This document shows positions 31,208 to 41,455 of a stretch of 64,000 nucleotides of DNA, in pieces. The translations under genes were made by a program, and so were the position numbers. How positions within the stretch are numbered: position 1 is the stretch's first letter; each line of letters opens with the position of its first letter. The notes beneath the pieces were generated by a model that ran no database searches, was not told the origin of the DNA, and saw only the letters and a program-made list of their open reading frames with translations. The stretch lies in NCBI GenBank assembly GCA_964558645.1, contig CAZLEV010000001.1, positions 221,568-285,567 on the forward strand, given 5' to 3'. The stretch comes from an uncultured archaeon. GTDB taxonomy: Archaea; Asgardarchaeota; Thorarchaeia; Thorarchaeales; Thorarchaeaceae.

Positions 31208-32626
31208 TCATGAACCAGCCTTGCGCAGATGTATATCTATCCTCGTTCCTCCCATCTCTGAGTTTCGAATCTCGATTCTGCCACCATAACTTCTGACGAT
31301 CTCCTTAACAAGGAAGAGGCCTAACCCGGGCGAACCACGTGTTTCCGGTTCGAAGCCACTGTTGAGGATGTCTTCAATAATGCCCTGAGGAATGCCCTTT
31401 CCATCATCCTGTAAGGTGATTATGATGTTACTCTCATGAGTCTGTGCAGTGAGTCTGATTTCGGTGCCGTCAGAATGCTCGAGTGAGTTCTCTATTAGAT
31501 TACTCAATAGGGGTTTCAGGAGTTTTCCTCCCTGAACCATCAGTTCTTGTTCTGGAAGACTTGTCCTTACACTCATTCCTTCGCCAAACTGTCGTAGGTT
31601 GCTCTCCGAAATCACGGATCGAACAACGGGGACAATATCGATGGATTCGAGATCCTTCTCTCGTTCGACATCCCGTAACAGTCTTACTCTTTCGATGATA
31701 TCTTGCTGGCGTTCGAGTCCAATCAGGGCCTTGTTGAGGATTTCGGATTGTTCTGCTGTCAGGTCTGTGTTCTTGAGGATCTCAAGAGCGGCCTGAACGA
31801 CCTGAATACTATTACCTACATCATGAGTGAGCAAAGAATGAAGGAACTCCCTGCGCCTCTCCGTCTGTTTCTGTTCGGTTGTGTCAAGAGTGATTTCTAC
31901 AGCTCCCACAGTAATGCCGTTCTCGTCTTTGACTGGAGCACCGGCGACCAACCACCACCTCCCATCGGGTGTTTCTCTCTCTCCGCTCTCTGGCTTTCCT
32001 TCTATCCGCGATTTCCGAACGGGACAGACTTCACACGGTGTTTCACGGTCAGCCCAGATCTCGTAGCACCTTTTACCTTGCAACCGTTCAGCAGTTTCAC
32101 CAACAGATTCTGCCGCCGACCTATTAGCCCAAATGATTCTGTGATCCAAGTCTTGTAGCAGGATGTGAAACGGGGAACTGTCGAGAATCGCGGCCTTTTC
32201 TCTCTCAGATTCGGCAAGCTTGAGTTCGGCTTTTCTCTGCTCTCTTTCTGCTTGGTAACGATTAGCCTCTTGCACTATCACTCTTGCAAGCATCTGATAC
32301 TGCGTCTGTACATCGTGGCTCTTCTGCATGTATCGGTCAGCTCCCAGATTCAGCGCTCTTATTGCAACTTCCTCTCGCCCCTTCCCAGTTAACAGAATGA
32401 ATGGGATATCGGTCTCCCTTCGGATTATCTCCAGTAGCTGAAGCCCGTCCATCTCTGGCATGGCGTAGTCAGAGATCACGATATCGTATTCCTCTTCTCT
32501 GAGCAGATTAAGTGCATCTCTTGCAGAAGTTGTAGAAGTAACGTTGAATCTTTCATCTTCCTTTGTGAGAAACACCTTTGCTATCTCAAGGAAGTCCTCC
32601 TCATCGTCGACATGCAAGATCTTCAT
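31208..32626 (-). CDS. Hybrid REC-PAS histidine kinase
   Basis: ILHVDD...ISDYAMPEMDG receiver; PAS with CYE..C..CP; THDVGN H-box; N, D.G.GI and GLGL boxes. Confidence 0.92.
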   Translation of the reverse strand: MKILHVDDEEDFLEIAKVFLTKEDERFNVTSTTSARDALNLLREEEYDIVISDYAMPEMDGLQLLEIIRRETDIPFILLTGKGREEVAIRALNLGADRYMQKSHDVQTQYQMLARVIVQEANRYQAEREQRKAELKLAESEREKAAILDSSPFHILLQDLDHRIIWANRSAAESVGETAERLQGKRCYEIWADRETPCEVCPVRKSRIEGKPESGERETPDGRWWLVAGAPVKDENGITVGAVEITLDTTEQKQTERRREFLHSLLTHDVGNSIQVVQAALEILKNTDLTAEQSEILNKALIGLERQQDIIERVRLLRDVEREKDLESIDIVPVVRSVISESNLRQFGEGMSVRTSLPEQELMVQGGKLLKPLLSNLIENSLEHSDGTEIRLTAQTHESNIIITLQDDGKGIPQGIIEDILNSGFEPETRGSPGLGLFLVKEIVRSYGGRIEIRNSEMGGTRIDIHLRKAGS

Positions 32627-32987
32627 TCGATATACCCCTTGAAGTCCCTCTGTTCGGGAGGTTCTCACTCCTAGGTTATCAGGTGGTTACAGATTGGGCT
32701 CTATGTCATATAACAGTTTACAGAGCGTATCTTACACGTGTGTTCTAAGTGTTGTGGGTTACTACCTGGATATCGTTGCAGTCCGAGAAGACTGACTGAC
32801 GTTATCGATGAGGAGTTCACCAAAGTCCAATGAAGAATAGCTGGGAATATGCCTGGGTGACAAAGGGCCAGACTCTCAGCACTCGTCAGAGGCGAGAGAA
32901 ATCGTCACGCTTGAGGGGGCACGCTTTGCCGAAGTTATCAAGGGATGCGAGATGTCCGATTGAGTAGGGACGGACTGTAGGAATCTG

Positions 32988-33413
32988 CTATTCTTCCATC
33001 TGCCCTCGGGTATCATAGTATGTGGTTGCGGGGCATCCTGGGCAATTGAATTCTGATTTTAGAGAGCACTTGGAGCAGTCAGAGCCGCAGGGAGATATGT
33101 CCTCTTCAGAACCCTCCAAGTGGATGGGCATTTGGAACTCCTCAATAGGCTTATCGATGAAAGAGAGCTCTACAGCATCTGCACCCAGAGCAGTCGGATT
33201 GTCTTCTAGGTAGGTGAATAACCCCCGCATATCATCTTGCAACGCGAATACACCATAGTAGACATTCTTGGTTGTTCCCGATAGTATGAGTCTTGGGCAG
33301 TCCTTCATACTCATTGCATTGTCTTGTGCCTGCCCGGGTGTTGCGAACCTCGCTCGCATAATGCCAAGAATATGATTCGGATTCTCGTTCATAATAGAAT
33401 TGGCCCCTTTCAT
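32988..33413 (-). CDS. Hypothetical protein with a C-terminal Cys cluster (DUF3795-like)
   Basis: SPCGSDCSKC......CPGCP. Confidence 0.7.
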   Translation of the reverse strand: MKGANSIMNENPNHILGIMRARFATPGQAQDNAMSMKDCPRLILSGTTKNVYYGVFALQDDMRGLFTYLEDNPTALGADAVELSFIDKPIEEFQMPIHLEGSEEDISPCGSDCSKCSLKSEFNCPGCPATTYYDTRGQMEE

Positions 33414-33547
33414 GCCTATGATATGATTTTGATGACAGGACTCAGATGTAGTATTGTTCTAGTTTCAGACTATCGCTTACAGCAAATCCCAGAAGTCCCA
33501 ATGACGGACCATTGCATGCACAGCCCACTAATCAGTTTAAGATGACC

Positions 33548-33595
33548 AAGAAAAAGCAGAGATGGACTGAGCCCTGTGGTAGAGAGTTCAGTCCA
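33548..33595 (-). terminator. Hairpin plus T-tract after rubredoxin
   Basis: Minus strand TGGACTGAAC...GCTCAGTCCA, then TCTCTGCTTTTTCTT. Confidence 0.55.
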
Positions 33596-33602
33596 GGTTT
33601 GC

Positions 33603-33773
33603 TCAATCCTCTATCTTTTCAAAATCAGCTTTTCCCGCGCCGCACATAGGGCAGACCCAATCATCAGGAATATCCTCAAATTTCGTTCCCGGCTCGACAC
33701 CCGAGTCAGGGTCACCTTTTTCCTCGTCGTACACCCAGCCACAAACTAAGCACTCATAACGAGCCAATGTCAT
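33603..33773 (-). CDS. rub: Rubredoxin
   Basis: Hand-translated 56 aa: [56 protein letters not shown]. Below the ORF-track cutoff; GGAGAG RBS-like upstream. Confidence 0.97.
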   Translation of the reverse strand: MTLARYECLVCGWVYDEEKGDPDSGVEPGTKFEDIPDDWVCPMCGAGKADFEKIED

Positions 33774-34082
33774 ATCTCTCCTATTGTTCGTGTCAGCGTT
33801 GACTGCTCTGTTGTCTTAAAGAGTTTACTGTCGTCAGTAGGTGGCGACTATCAGTCGCTGTTCCACGCGTTTGTGGTCGGGCGTCCATCTCCATGAGAAG
33901 TCCTCAAGCTTATACCCGTATGTCCACGAGCCCGGTGGGCCGGTCTTGGTATGTCGCTAATTGCCGCTCAATCACTGAATCCTGATCCAGACAGGTGGTT
34001 TTAAGCTCGTATGAAGGCCGGCCTCATGTAGCATATGGACGATTTTGTATGACTGTATTAGACACTGGATAGACTGAAGGGC

Positions 34083-34994
34083 ATGTTTCTGGGTGCATCA
34101 GTAGGGGCACAGGACGTCGCAGTCTCTTCTCCTACTTTCCAAGAGCAACGAAACCGCAGAACGTGGCACACGTACAAGGTCATTCCCATCCGACTCACGG
34201 GGACCATCACGACCGAGAAGTCCCCCTACTGGAAGGAGTACGGCCGGTGACACATCACCGCGGGCGGGAACCTGATCGATGTGGTACGTGGGTGTCGTGG
34301 TGATGTCCTCCATGACAACCGGGGGTGTTTCGGAGACTGCTATGCAAAGGACGCATCCCGACGGTTCCGCGTCCTCTTCAATAAGCCCCAGCGCATGGAG
34401 TTCAGGAAAGACCCCCTCACAAGAGATGTTGACCGGCTTGGAGATGAGTGGGTTCGCAGCGGTGTTGTCGGAGCCCTTGCCTTCGCGTGGAACCTCCCCC
34501 GCGATGTCACCCACTTCCTCGACCAGTGGGGCATCACGGTAGTACATCTCACCCGCTTCTGGGAGGAACCTGACGACCTGCTTCTTGCGGAACTTGCCCG
34601 ATATGAGAGCATCATCTACGGCTCAGTCAGTATCCTCGACCCGCCAGCCATCCGAAACCGTATCCTGCACAACCTCGACAGGTACGAGGAGTTCGGTGGT
34701 CGTTCTGTTTGTAGAGTGGTCACAGTGGCCGTCAGAGACGATTCGGAGCTCTGGGACCTGCAGGCTGACCTTATGCACCTAGACTCAGTCCTCGGACAGC
34801 CTTTACGATTCCAGGGGTCAAACCCCTTCATCGATGTGTTCAATCTAGACATCTGCGAGCCCATCCCGGCCAACACCGCAGGCAAGCCCTCTCACAAGTG
34901 GAAGAGCGCGGGTCAGCTCTATCCGAAGCGTGCCTGTGTCGGTCACTGCTGGTCGTGCTACCATCAGTGTGTCGGTAACGTGAGGTGCTGGTGA
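34083..34994 (+). pseudogene. Cys-rich, radical-SAM/DUF5131-like protein interrupted by an in-frame TGA at 34248
   Basis: Frame open from ATG 34083 to 34994 except for one TGA; VRGC-x-GCFGDCYA motif and C-terminal CxxxCxxCxxxC. Could instead be intact from GTG 34281. Confidence 0.5.
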
Positions 34995-35007
34995 TGGGGT
35001 TGTCTGA

Positions 35008-35841
35008 CTACAGCCCGAGGATGACCTCTCGTTCCTCAGGGCTGTACCTGTCCAGTGCAGCCCGCAGCTCTGGATGTTCTAAGAACATGTCGAGTTCTCT
35101 CAGCGTGCGAAGCATCGAGTGTGGGGTGTCCCTGGACTCATCACGAATCCTGTCACAGAGTGCCTCAATCACAGCAGGGTCTTCTCGTATCCATGCGAAT
35201 CGCTTCACCATGATGGCCGCATCGATGAGGCTCTTGTCCTGTCTGATACTCTCGATGATCCTCGGTTTTGCTCTCACGAAGGCGCGATGGAAGTCCTCAT
35301 CCTCTGCAAGATACGGGACGTATGCCACCAGGGCTGCGTGATGCCAGTTCCTGCGTATCGATTCGAGGATATCATCTCTCCGTGCAAGGATGGCACGCTT
35401 GATCTGTGGATGGTGACACAGCCCCAGCCCAGCACACACGATGTGAACCTGGAACAGGATACTCTCACAGCTGGCGATGTTGTACGCTATGGCCTGTCGG
35501 ATGATGTCGAGCTCCCGGTACTCACGGACGAAAGAGATAGCGTCGACCAGAAGGGTGTTGCCCCCTCGAAGGCCGTCAGCAAAGGCCAGCTGAACCTCCT
35601 CCTCCAGCCAGAGCTCCCTCAGGTCGCGGAGGACAACAACGAAGTAGTGAGCCACCACGCGGTTCATCAGGATGCGGTGGGTCAGGGACGCGATAAGGCC
35701 GTTGGTCTTGTACAGCTCGTAGAATCGGTCCTTATGGTGGCGGAGCAGGTGAGCCTCGTCAGGGTATTGATAGTCCTCTCCAGTGGTCGATACCAGCTCG
35801 ATGAGCGCATCGGCAATCTGTTTGTCGATGGGCAAGTCCAT
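35008..35841 (-). CDS. Hypothetical alpha-helical (repeat-like) protein
   Basis: 277-aa ORF with recurring 'P.I..AI...I.ESIR' helical units; GGGGGA upstream. Confidence 0.7.
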   Translation of the reverse strand: MDLPIDKQIADALIELVSTTGEDYQYPDEAHLLRHHKDRFYELYKTNGLIASLTHRILMNRVVAHYFVVVLRDLRELWLEEEVQLAFADGLRGGNTLLVDAISFVREYRELDIIRQAIAYNIASCESILFQVHIVCAGLGLCHHPQIKRAILARRDDILESIRRNWHHAALVAYVPYLAEDEDFHRAFVRAKPRIIESIRQDKSLIDAAIMVKRFAWIREDPAVIEALCDRIRDESRDTPHSMLRTLRELDMFLEHPELRAALDRYSPEEREVILGL

Positions 35842-36095
35842 GCTATGTCCCCCCTCTCAGAGTCCCAAACTACCTATATAGACTACGCCATTAGGAGGCG
35901 ATATCGTTTTTAGTTCTCTTCTTCAATTGATGGGTATCATGACTATTGAACGGGGAGTACTGGAGAGCATCTGCAGACTTGTGATGGAGATGAGCATGAG
36001 AAAGCGTCGTGGGCTACACACCATGACACTGAGGAGGATCAAGAGGCTCTTGGAGGGGAAGGGTCTAGTCTAAACCTCGATTGGAGTGAAGACCA

Positions 36096-37388
36096 ATGGA
36101 TGAGCAACCAAGCGAAGACGGAATCAGGGGAGGCCTTCATGGGGACTCCTCTGTGGAAGAACCAGACGAGAGATACCCCCCATCCAACGAGAAAGTCTTG
36201 TTTCTCCTCAACAAGCACACAGGCGTTGCACCGTATTCGCACGAATTCCAACTGGGCGGCTTAGACCCTCAGATGCTCTCGGGGTTCGTAGGTGCCATGG
36301 GGAGTTTTCTGGGAGAATTCGCTGGTTCCGAGGAGTCGACGTGGAAGACGGTCTATGGCGCAGATAGCACGTTTGTTGTCGAGACAGGAAAGTGGATTGT
36401 GGGTGTCTTGGCCGTATCCAGAGAAACAGGCCGATTGAGAAGCCAATTGCGAAGTATTGTGAGGGAGTTCGAGCAGACGTTCGGCGCTCTCAAGGACGCA
36501 GATGGTCTAGAAGGTAGAGTCTTCGAGCAGTTCGACCAGTTCGTGCGCAGAGTCTTCAGTAGAGAGCGGATAGCAGCGCAGTCGGTTCTCTATTGGAGGC
36601 GAAAACGCCCTGAGGACCTGTTCGTGTCGTTAGAAAGTCCTTCAGATTCGTACCACCTGACCAAATCTCTCATGTACCTCAGGAACGGCATGTCTGTGAG
36701 CCAGATATCTCAAGAAACAGAAGTCCCTCTGGACAAGGCGAAGGACCTTCTTTCGCACGCGTACTGGCGTGACATGATAGATGTCAAATACGTTCCGTCA
36801 CCCAATGACATCCTCGAGCTCTCAGAGGGCGCGCTCACCAAGGCACTGAATCCGGAGAATCCTCTTGGGTTGGCCACTGACACACGAAGCCTACTTGGAG
36901 CTCTCGATGGTCGGACCAGTCTGGACGTACTGAGTGCCCGAATTCAGCATGGTGAAAGAGATGCTGTTCTTCAGGAAGTTGGCCGCCTTATCTCCATGGG
37001 TGTCGTGAGCAGAATCACGATCGAAAAGAAGCTGCTCCTTGTCAATGAATGCGTCCTGACTAGGCTCGCACAGGCATGTTCTGAGTTGCTTCAGAGTGCT
37101 GAACTTCGGGGGATACTTGGACAGTTGATTCATGAGGGGGTTCCTCATCATCCTTGGCTCGCCAGAGTTCGAGTGGATGTCGACCTATGTGTGATCTGCA
37201 GTGCAGACGGATCTCTGAGTCCGCAGGATCTTGACTGGGCCTCTCAGGCACTCGAATATCTCACTGAACGTTTTGTCGATTCACTCTCTACGAAGCTCAA
37301 TAAACGCGATGCACAGGACCTGCTGCACTACGCTCGAAGGCACTGTCAGGAAGATTGGGTTTCCGAGTTGAATGAAGGACTCATCTAG
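36096..37388 (+). CDS. Longin-like domain + tandem winged-helix protein
   Basis: N-terminal LFLLNK.TGV..YS......DPQMLSGF.GAM.SF..E...LR..L..IV.EFE..F (longin-type); two wHTH-like segments (RNGMSVSQISQET; LDGRTSLDVLS...GVV). Confidence 0.7.
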   Translation: MDEQPSEDGIRGGLHGDSSVEEPDERYPPSNEKVLFLLNKHTGVAPYSHEFQLGGLDPQMLSGFVGAMGSFLGEFAGSEESTWKTVYGADSTFVVETGKWIVGVLAVSRETGRLRSQLRSIVREFEQTFGALKDADGLEGRVFEQFDQFVRRVFSRERIAAQSVLYWRRKRPEDLFVSLESPSDSYHLTKSLMYLRNGMSVSQISQETEVPLDKAKDLLSHAYWRDMIDVKYVPSPNDILELSEGALTKALNPENPLGLATDTRSLLGALDGRTSLDVLSARIQHGERDAVLQEVGRLISMGVVSRITIEKKLLLVNECVLTRLAQACSELLQSAELRGILGQLIHEGVPHHPWLARVRVDVDLCVICSADGSLSPQDLDWASQALEYLTERFVDSLSTKLNKRDAQDLLHYARRHCQEDWVSELNEGLI

Positions 37389-37978
37389 AGATGGCGGACT
37401 GCCTATCCAAAGAAGACTCACTGGGCGATCATCGAGACCTAGATATGCATATACCATAGTGCACAACTGAGACCGAACGTAATCAAGGGTTGCTGCCGCC
37501 GCTCTAAGTATTTGTTTCTCTACAACTACACTTTGACTGGTTCTGCGCGCATCGTAACATGCAATTCAAGAAGTGGAGGCAAGTTGCATATCAAGGACTG
37601 TCTGGTGAAAAACGGGTGTCGTCGCACCTGAGTCTCACTATTGGCACCCCCTCCTGCTGTGAGCCAGATGTACTATCTCCGTCTATCTCGCATCCTCCAT
37701 GAACCCGCCTGCTGTACTCAAGTCGCCGGGAGAGGCGCGACTCTTCTTGAATGACATCCCAGGTCCCTATATACCTGCTTCTCTCCGTCTTCATCGCTTT
37801 CGTGGTATTGCGTCATCACCTCGCGATGGCATGAGCGAAACGAGAGGTACACGCCCCGAATTCATGTAGGAACCACTGTTACGTATGAAATATCGTTATA
37901 AACTATTGAGGATGTTTTCTTGTATGTGCAGGAGCCCAAAGCCTGTTTGCACTAAACGACAAGGGGAACAACGGCGGA

Positions 37979-39067
37979 ATGGAAGACCTACAACTATTGG
38001 TATCCCTAATAGAAGGAACCAATGACCTCATTCACAGCGTGAAACCCAATGGACACTTCGAGTTCGTCAACAGAGCATGGCTTGAGACCATGGGGTATGA
38101 TGATACGGAAGTTGACCAGCTTGAACTCAAGGAGATTATATTTCCAGGCGAGATGAAGAAGCACCAACAGACTGTTGCAGGGATTCTCAAGGGACAAGCG
38201 CGAACGAATGTTCAGACGACTTTCGTCACCAAGCATGGCGATATGGTCCATGTGGAGGGGAATCTCTTTCCTCGAATGGAGGGAAACCAGATTGTGGCAG
38301 CCACAGGCTTCTTCCGTGATGTCACAGACAGGAAGAGAACCCGCGAGAAGCTGAGAGAGTCGCGAGCGAGAATCGAGTTTCTTGTTGATCTGATGGTGCA
38401 TGATCTGACTAACATCAATCAAGAGATACTCTCAACCTTCGAGGTCCTGCTGTACAATCCTTCCATTCCCAAGCGGATGGAGGGCTTTATCCGTGAGGGA
38501 CTAAGCGAGGTTGACCGAGCTTCGAACCTGATCTCAAACGTACGCAAGCTCACGCGTCTAGATACCCTCACTCCAGTCCAGAAAGAGTGGGAATTCACCA
38601 AGATCCTTCGAGAAGCCGCCAGCTCCGTGAAGAGCGACTTCCAGTCAAAAGAGCTGGATCTTGAGATCAATGTGGATGAAGGCGCCTACTACATCGTTGG
38701 CGATGAGTATCTCAAGGATGTTTTCTACAGTCTGTTCCATAATTCGATGAGATTCGATGATAGTGAGAGAGTGAGAGTCATCGTGGATACCGAAGAGGTG
38801 GAGCACACCCCATTCCTGAGGGTCGAGGTGAAGGACTTCGGACCGGGTATCCCTGACGATGACAAGGAGGCCATATTCCGCAGGTTGTCGCATCGTCGTG
38901 AGAGCATCATGGGTCTCGGGTTAGGCCTTTCTCTGGCGAAGAAGATACTCGAGAACAACGGTGGATATATTCGGGTCGAGGACCGGATAGAGAACGATCA
39001 CACAAAGGGCGCGAACTTTGTATTGCTTCTTAGACACAAACGGGGCACTGAGATACAGGAGGAATGA
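37979..39067 (+). CDS. PAS histidine kinase
   Basis: PAS (VNRAW...MGY...DVTDRK), VHDLTN H-box, D.GPGI, GLGL. Confidence 0.92.
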   Translation: MEDLQLLVSLIEGTNDLIHSVKPNGHFEFVNRAWLETMGYDDTEVDQLELKEIIFPGEMKKHQQTVAGILKGQARTNVQTTFVTKHGDMVHVEGNLFPRMEGNQIVAATGFFRDVTDRKRTREKLRESRARIEFLVDLMVHDLTNINQEILSTFEVLLYNPSIPKRMEGFIREGLSEVDRASNLISNVRKLTRLDTLTPVQKEWEFTKILREAASSVKSDFQSKELDLEINVDEGAYYIVGDEYLKDVFYSLFHNSMRFDDSERVRVIVDTEEVEHTPFLRVEVKDFGPGIPDDDKEAIFRRLSHRRESIMGLGLGLSLAKKILENNGGYIRVEDRIENDHTKGANFVLLLRHKRGTEIQEE

Positions 39068-39069
39068 TA

Positions 39070-39441
39070 ATGGCTCGGATAATGATTGTGGACGATGATA
39101 TATTTCTTCACAAGGTGCTAGAGCGGATTCTATCGATAGGAGGGCATCAAGTTGTTGGCCATGCCAGTGACGGTGCAGAGGCCATCGAGGAGTTCATGAA
39201 GATGAACCCTCGACCGGACATCATTCTAATGGACCATCGAATGCCGGTGATGAATGGAATCACGGCAACAAGAGAGATTAAGCATCTGGACCCCCATTCA
39301 AGGATTCTCTTCGTCAGCGCAGACGATTCTGTCGTAGATGAGGCAGTAGATGCAGGTGCCGTTGGGTTCCTGACCAAGCCGGTTCGCGCTGCGACTTTGT
39401 TGGCCTCTATCGAAGGCCAGGTGGAGCAGAAATCATCATAA
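39070..39441 (+). CDS. Stand-alone response regulator receiver (CheY-like)
   Basis: IMIVDD, DIILMDHRMPVMNG, SA, FLTKP; abuts the kinase stop. Confidence 0.93.
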   Translation: MARIMIVDDDIFLHKVLERILSIGGHQVVGHASDGAEAIEEFMKMNPRPDIILMDHRMPVMNGITATREIKHLDPHSRILFVSADDSVVDEAVDAGAVGFLTKPVRAATLLASIEGQVEQKSS

Positions 39442-40046
39442 TAAGTCTTCTCCGCTATCTTCACGCCGCTGGCAGACACGTTGCGGGAGATGTTTGCTTG
39501 ATAATGTTCTAGGTGTTGCATGCAAGCAGATGAGTCGCGAACGAAGAAACGCCATCCATGCCTTCGTGAGCATCCTGCCCAGAAGAAACATCTTTTTCAG
39601 ACATATTCTCCATCCTCTCTTGGCAGAAGGTAGATTAGACTATCAAGAAGGTCACCTCGCAGATATGCCATAGAGGATTACTCCTCCAACCGTAATGACA
39701 ACTTCTTGAGCATTGCATCAAAGACTCACTCGGATATCCGCTTGGCCGGAGAACCTTTTCGGACCAGACATACTCCCCCAAGGACCGATATCTATATCAA
39801 ACTCATGAGGTATCTAGGTCTAGTCCATCAGTCGCAGGGTTTCGCTCGAATGAGCTGCAGAAGACTGGCTTCCGCATCGCGCGATTCATCTGCAAAGACC
39901 ATAGTATCTAGATGAAGACCATGAGGCATACGTATGGATATGGTATCCGGGGATCACCAGAGTGGAGTATTTAGGTACCTTGGGCTCCACAGTCTGTGCG
40001 GAAAGCGCTGAGCTCACAGGCGATTCGTGTACGTGCAGTGATAGTC

Positions 40047-41141
40047 ATGGCTAGGAAACAGAACTCTGACGAATCCGACACTAGTGAAGAAGAGATCGCC
40101 GGCGAATTGGCTCACTTGGAGAGAATCGCCCATCAGATGGTGTGCCTCCGCCACGCTTCAAGGACCCTATCTGATCCAGAGCGGCCGCTCTTGGAGGTTC
40201 TCGACACTCTGGTGCACATGCTCCCCGAGGGTTGGCAGGCACCAGATCTTGCGGTGATGAGGGTCATCATCGACGACAAGGAGTCAGCTACGACGGGATT
40301 CATGGAAACCGACCTCTGTATCAAGTCCGACGTGATGATACGAGGCAACAAGCGGGGAGTGGTTCAGGTGTGTTATCTCTCAGATGAAACGAGGGTTGTC
40401 CCTGACGGCTTCCTTGATGGAGAGATCACGCTCCTGGACACAATCGCGGACGAGATTGCAGCCTTCGTTGACAGAAAGGATATGCTGCGGGCCAAGGAGC
40501 AACAGCACCGAGAGCTGGGTATCATCGCCTCGCTCCTCAGGCACGACGTTCGCAACGACTTGGGCGTCATCCTGAGCACTCTGGATCTAGCTCGAATGAT
40601 AACCGCGGAGGACGACAGCGAACTTCAGGACATTGTGGACACCATCGAGGCCACCTGTGAGAGAATCCTGTCTCTGGTTTCTACACTGGGCGAGTCCGCT
40701 CGAGTGGCAGATATGGATGTGTGTACCCTCTTGTCTCTGGTATCCAAAAGGGCGGAGGAAGTCAACAGGAATCTCTCAGTTCGTGTGAAGGTCGCCAAAT
40801 CCGCTCGCAACATCAAGATTCCGGACAGCAGACTTATCCCTGCCGTCTTTGACAATCTTCTGAGAAACTCAGCTGTATATGGCGGAGCCGACCCACAGGT
40901 CATCATTGATGCCTCGATGAAAAATGGGGAGCTTGAGGTCATCGTGTCTGATGATGGACCTGGAATTGCTGATGAGGTGAGGGGTCGGCTCTTCGAGAGA
41001 GGCGTGACTACCTCCGGCTCCGGACTCGGGCTGTATCTTTCGAGGCAGATCATCGAGGGAGTTGGGGGGAACATAGAACTAGTCGAGGGACATGCATCAT
41101 CGGGTGCCACATTCCTCATCACCCTGCCAATCAGAAGATGA
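40047..41141 (+). CDS. GAF-like sensor histidine kinase
   Basis: GWQ.P...G...V.Y.....FL..E..LL sensor; RHDVRN, N...Y, DDGPGI, GSGLGL. Confidence 0.9.
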   Translation: MARKQNSDESDTSEEEIAGELAHLERIAHQMVCLRHASRTLSDPERPLLEVLDTLVHMLPEGWQAPDLAVMRVIIDDKESATTGFMETDLCIKSDVMIRGNKRGVVQVCYLSDETRVVPDGFLDGEITLLDTIADEIAAFVDRKDMLRAKEQQHRELGIIASLLRHDVRNDLGVILSTLDLARMITAEDDSELQDIVDTIEATCERILSLVSTLGESARVADMDVCTLLSLVSKRAEEVNRNLSVRVKVAKSARNIKIPDSRLIPAVFDNLLRNSAVYGGADPQVIIDASMKNGELEVIVSDDGPGIADEVRGRLFERGVTTSGSGLGLYLSRQIIEGVGGNIELVEGHASSGATFLITLPIRR

Positions 41142-41455
41142 CAACTTGCCTTACTAGCAGACAATGAGGGGCGATATCTGATCGTTGCAGTAGAGTAACA
41201 TAGGGATACGGATTGCTTGGTCTTCTTCGACCAATGATTCGATGGCCGCGGTATTCAGTGCTTGTGAAACCGGGCCACATCAAAGACCCGCGTGGTTTGG
41301 CGGGATTGATGAGAAATACGCAGCGTCATGTCACGAATTAGTTTATATCGTTAGGTCTGTTAGTAGACAGATTAGGGATTAGAGACCGGGTTAGCGAAAT
41401 GCTCCATGTATTCTTTAGAGACACATTGTATCATGGTGCACTCGGGTAGGTCATC

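Noticed and set aside
35119-35913. 264-aa plus-strand ORF (also 8385-9107, 55211-55810, 50306-50950, 40625-41164)
   Set aside because: Shadow or alternate-frame ORFs overlapping better-supported genes, with no recognisable motifs.
1628-37388. Genome-wide TAG recoding (pyrrolysine)
   Set aside because: Many clearly full-length genes end in TAG at their natural C-terminus (gap, ptrB, mtnP, M20 peptidase, DUF362), so TAG is a normal stop.
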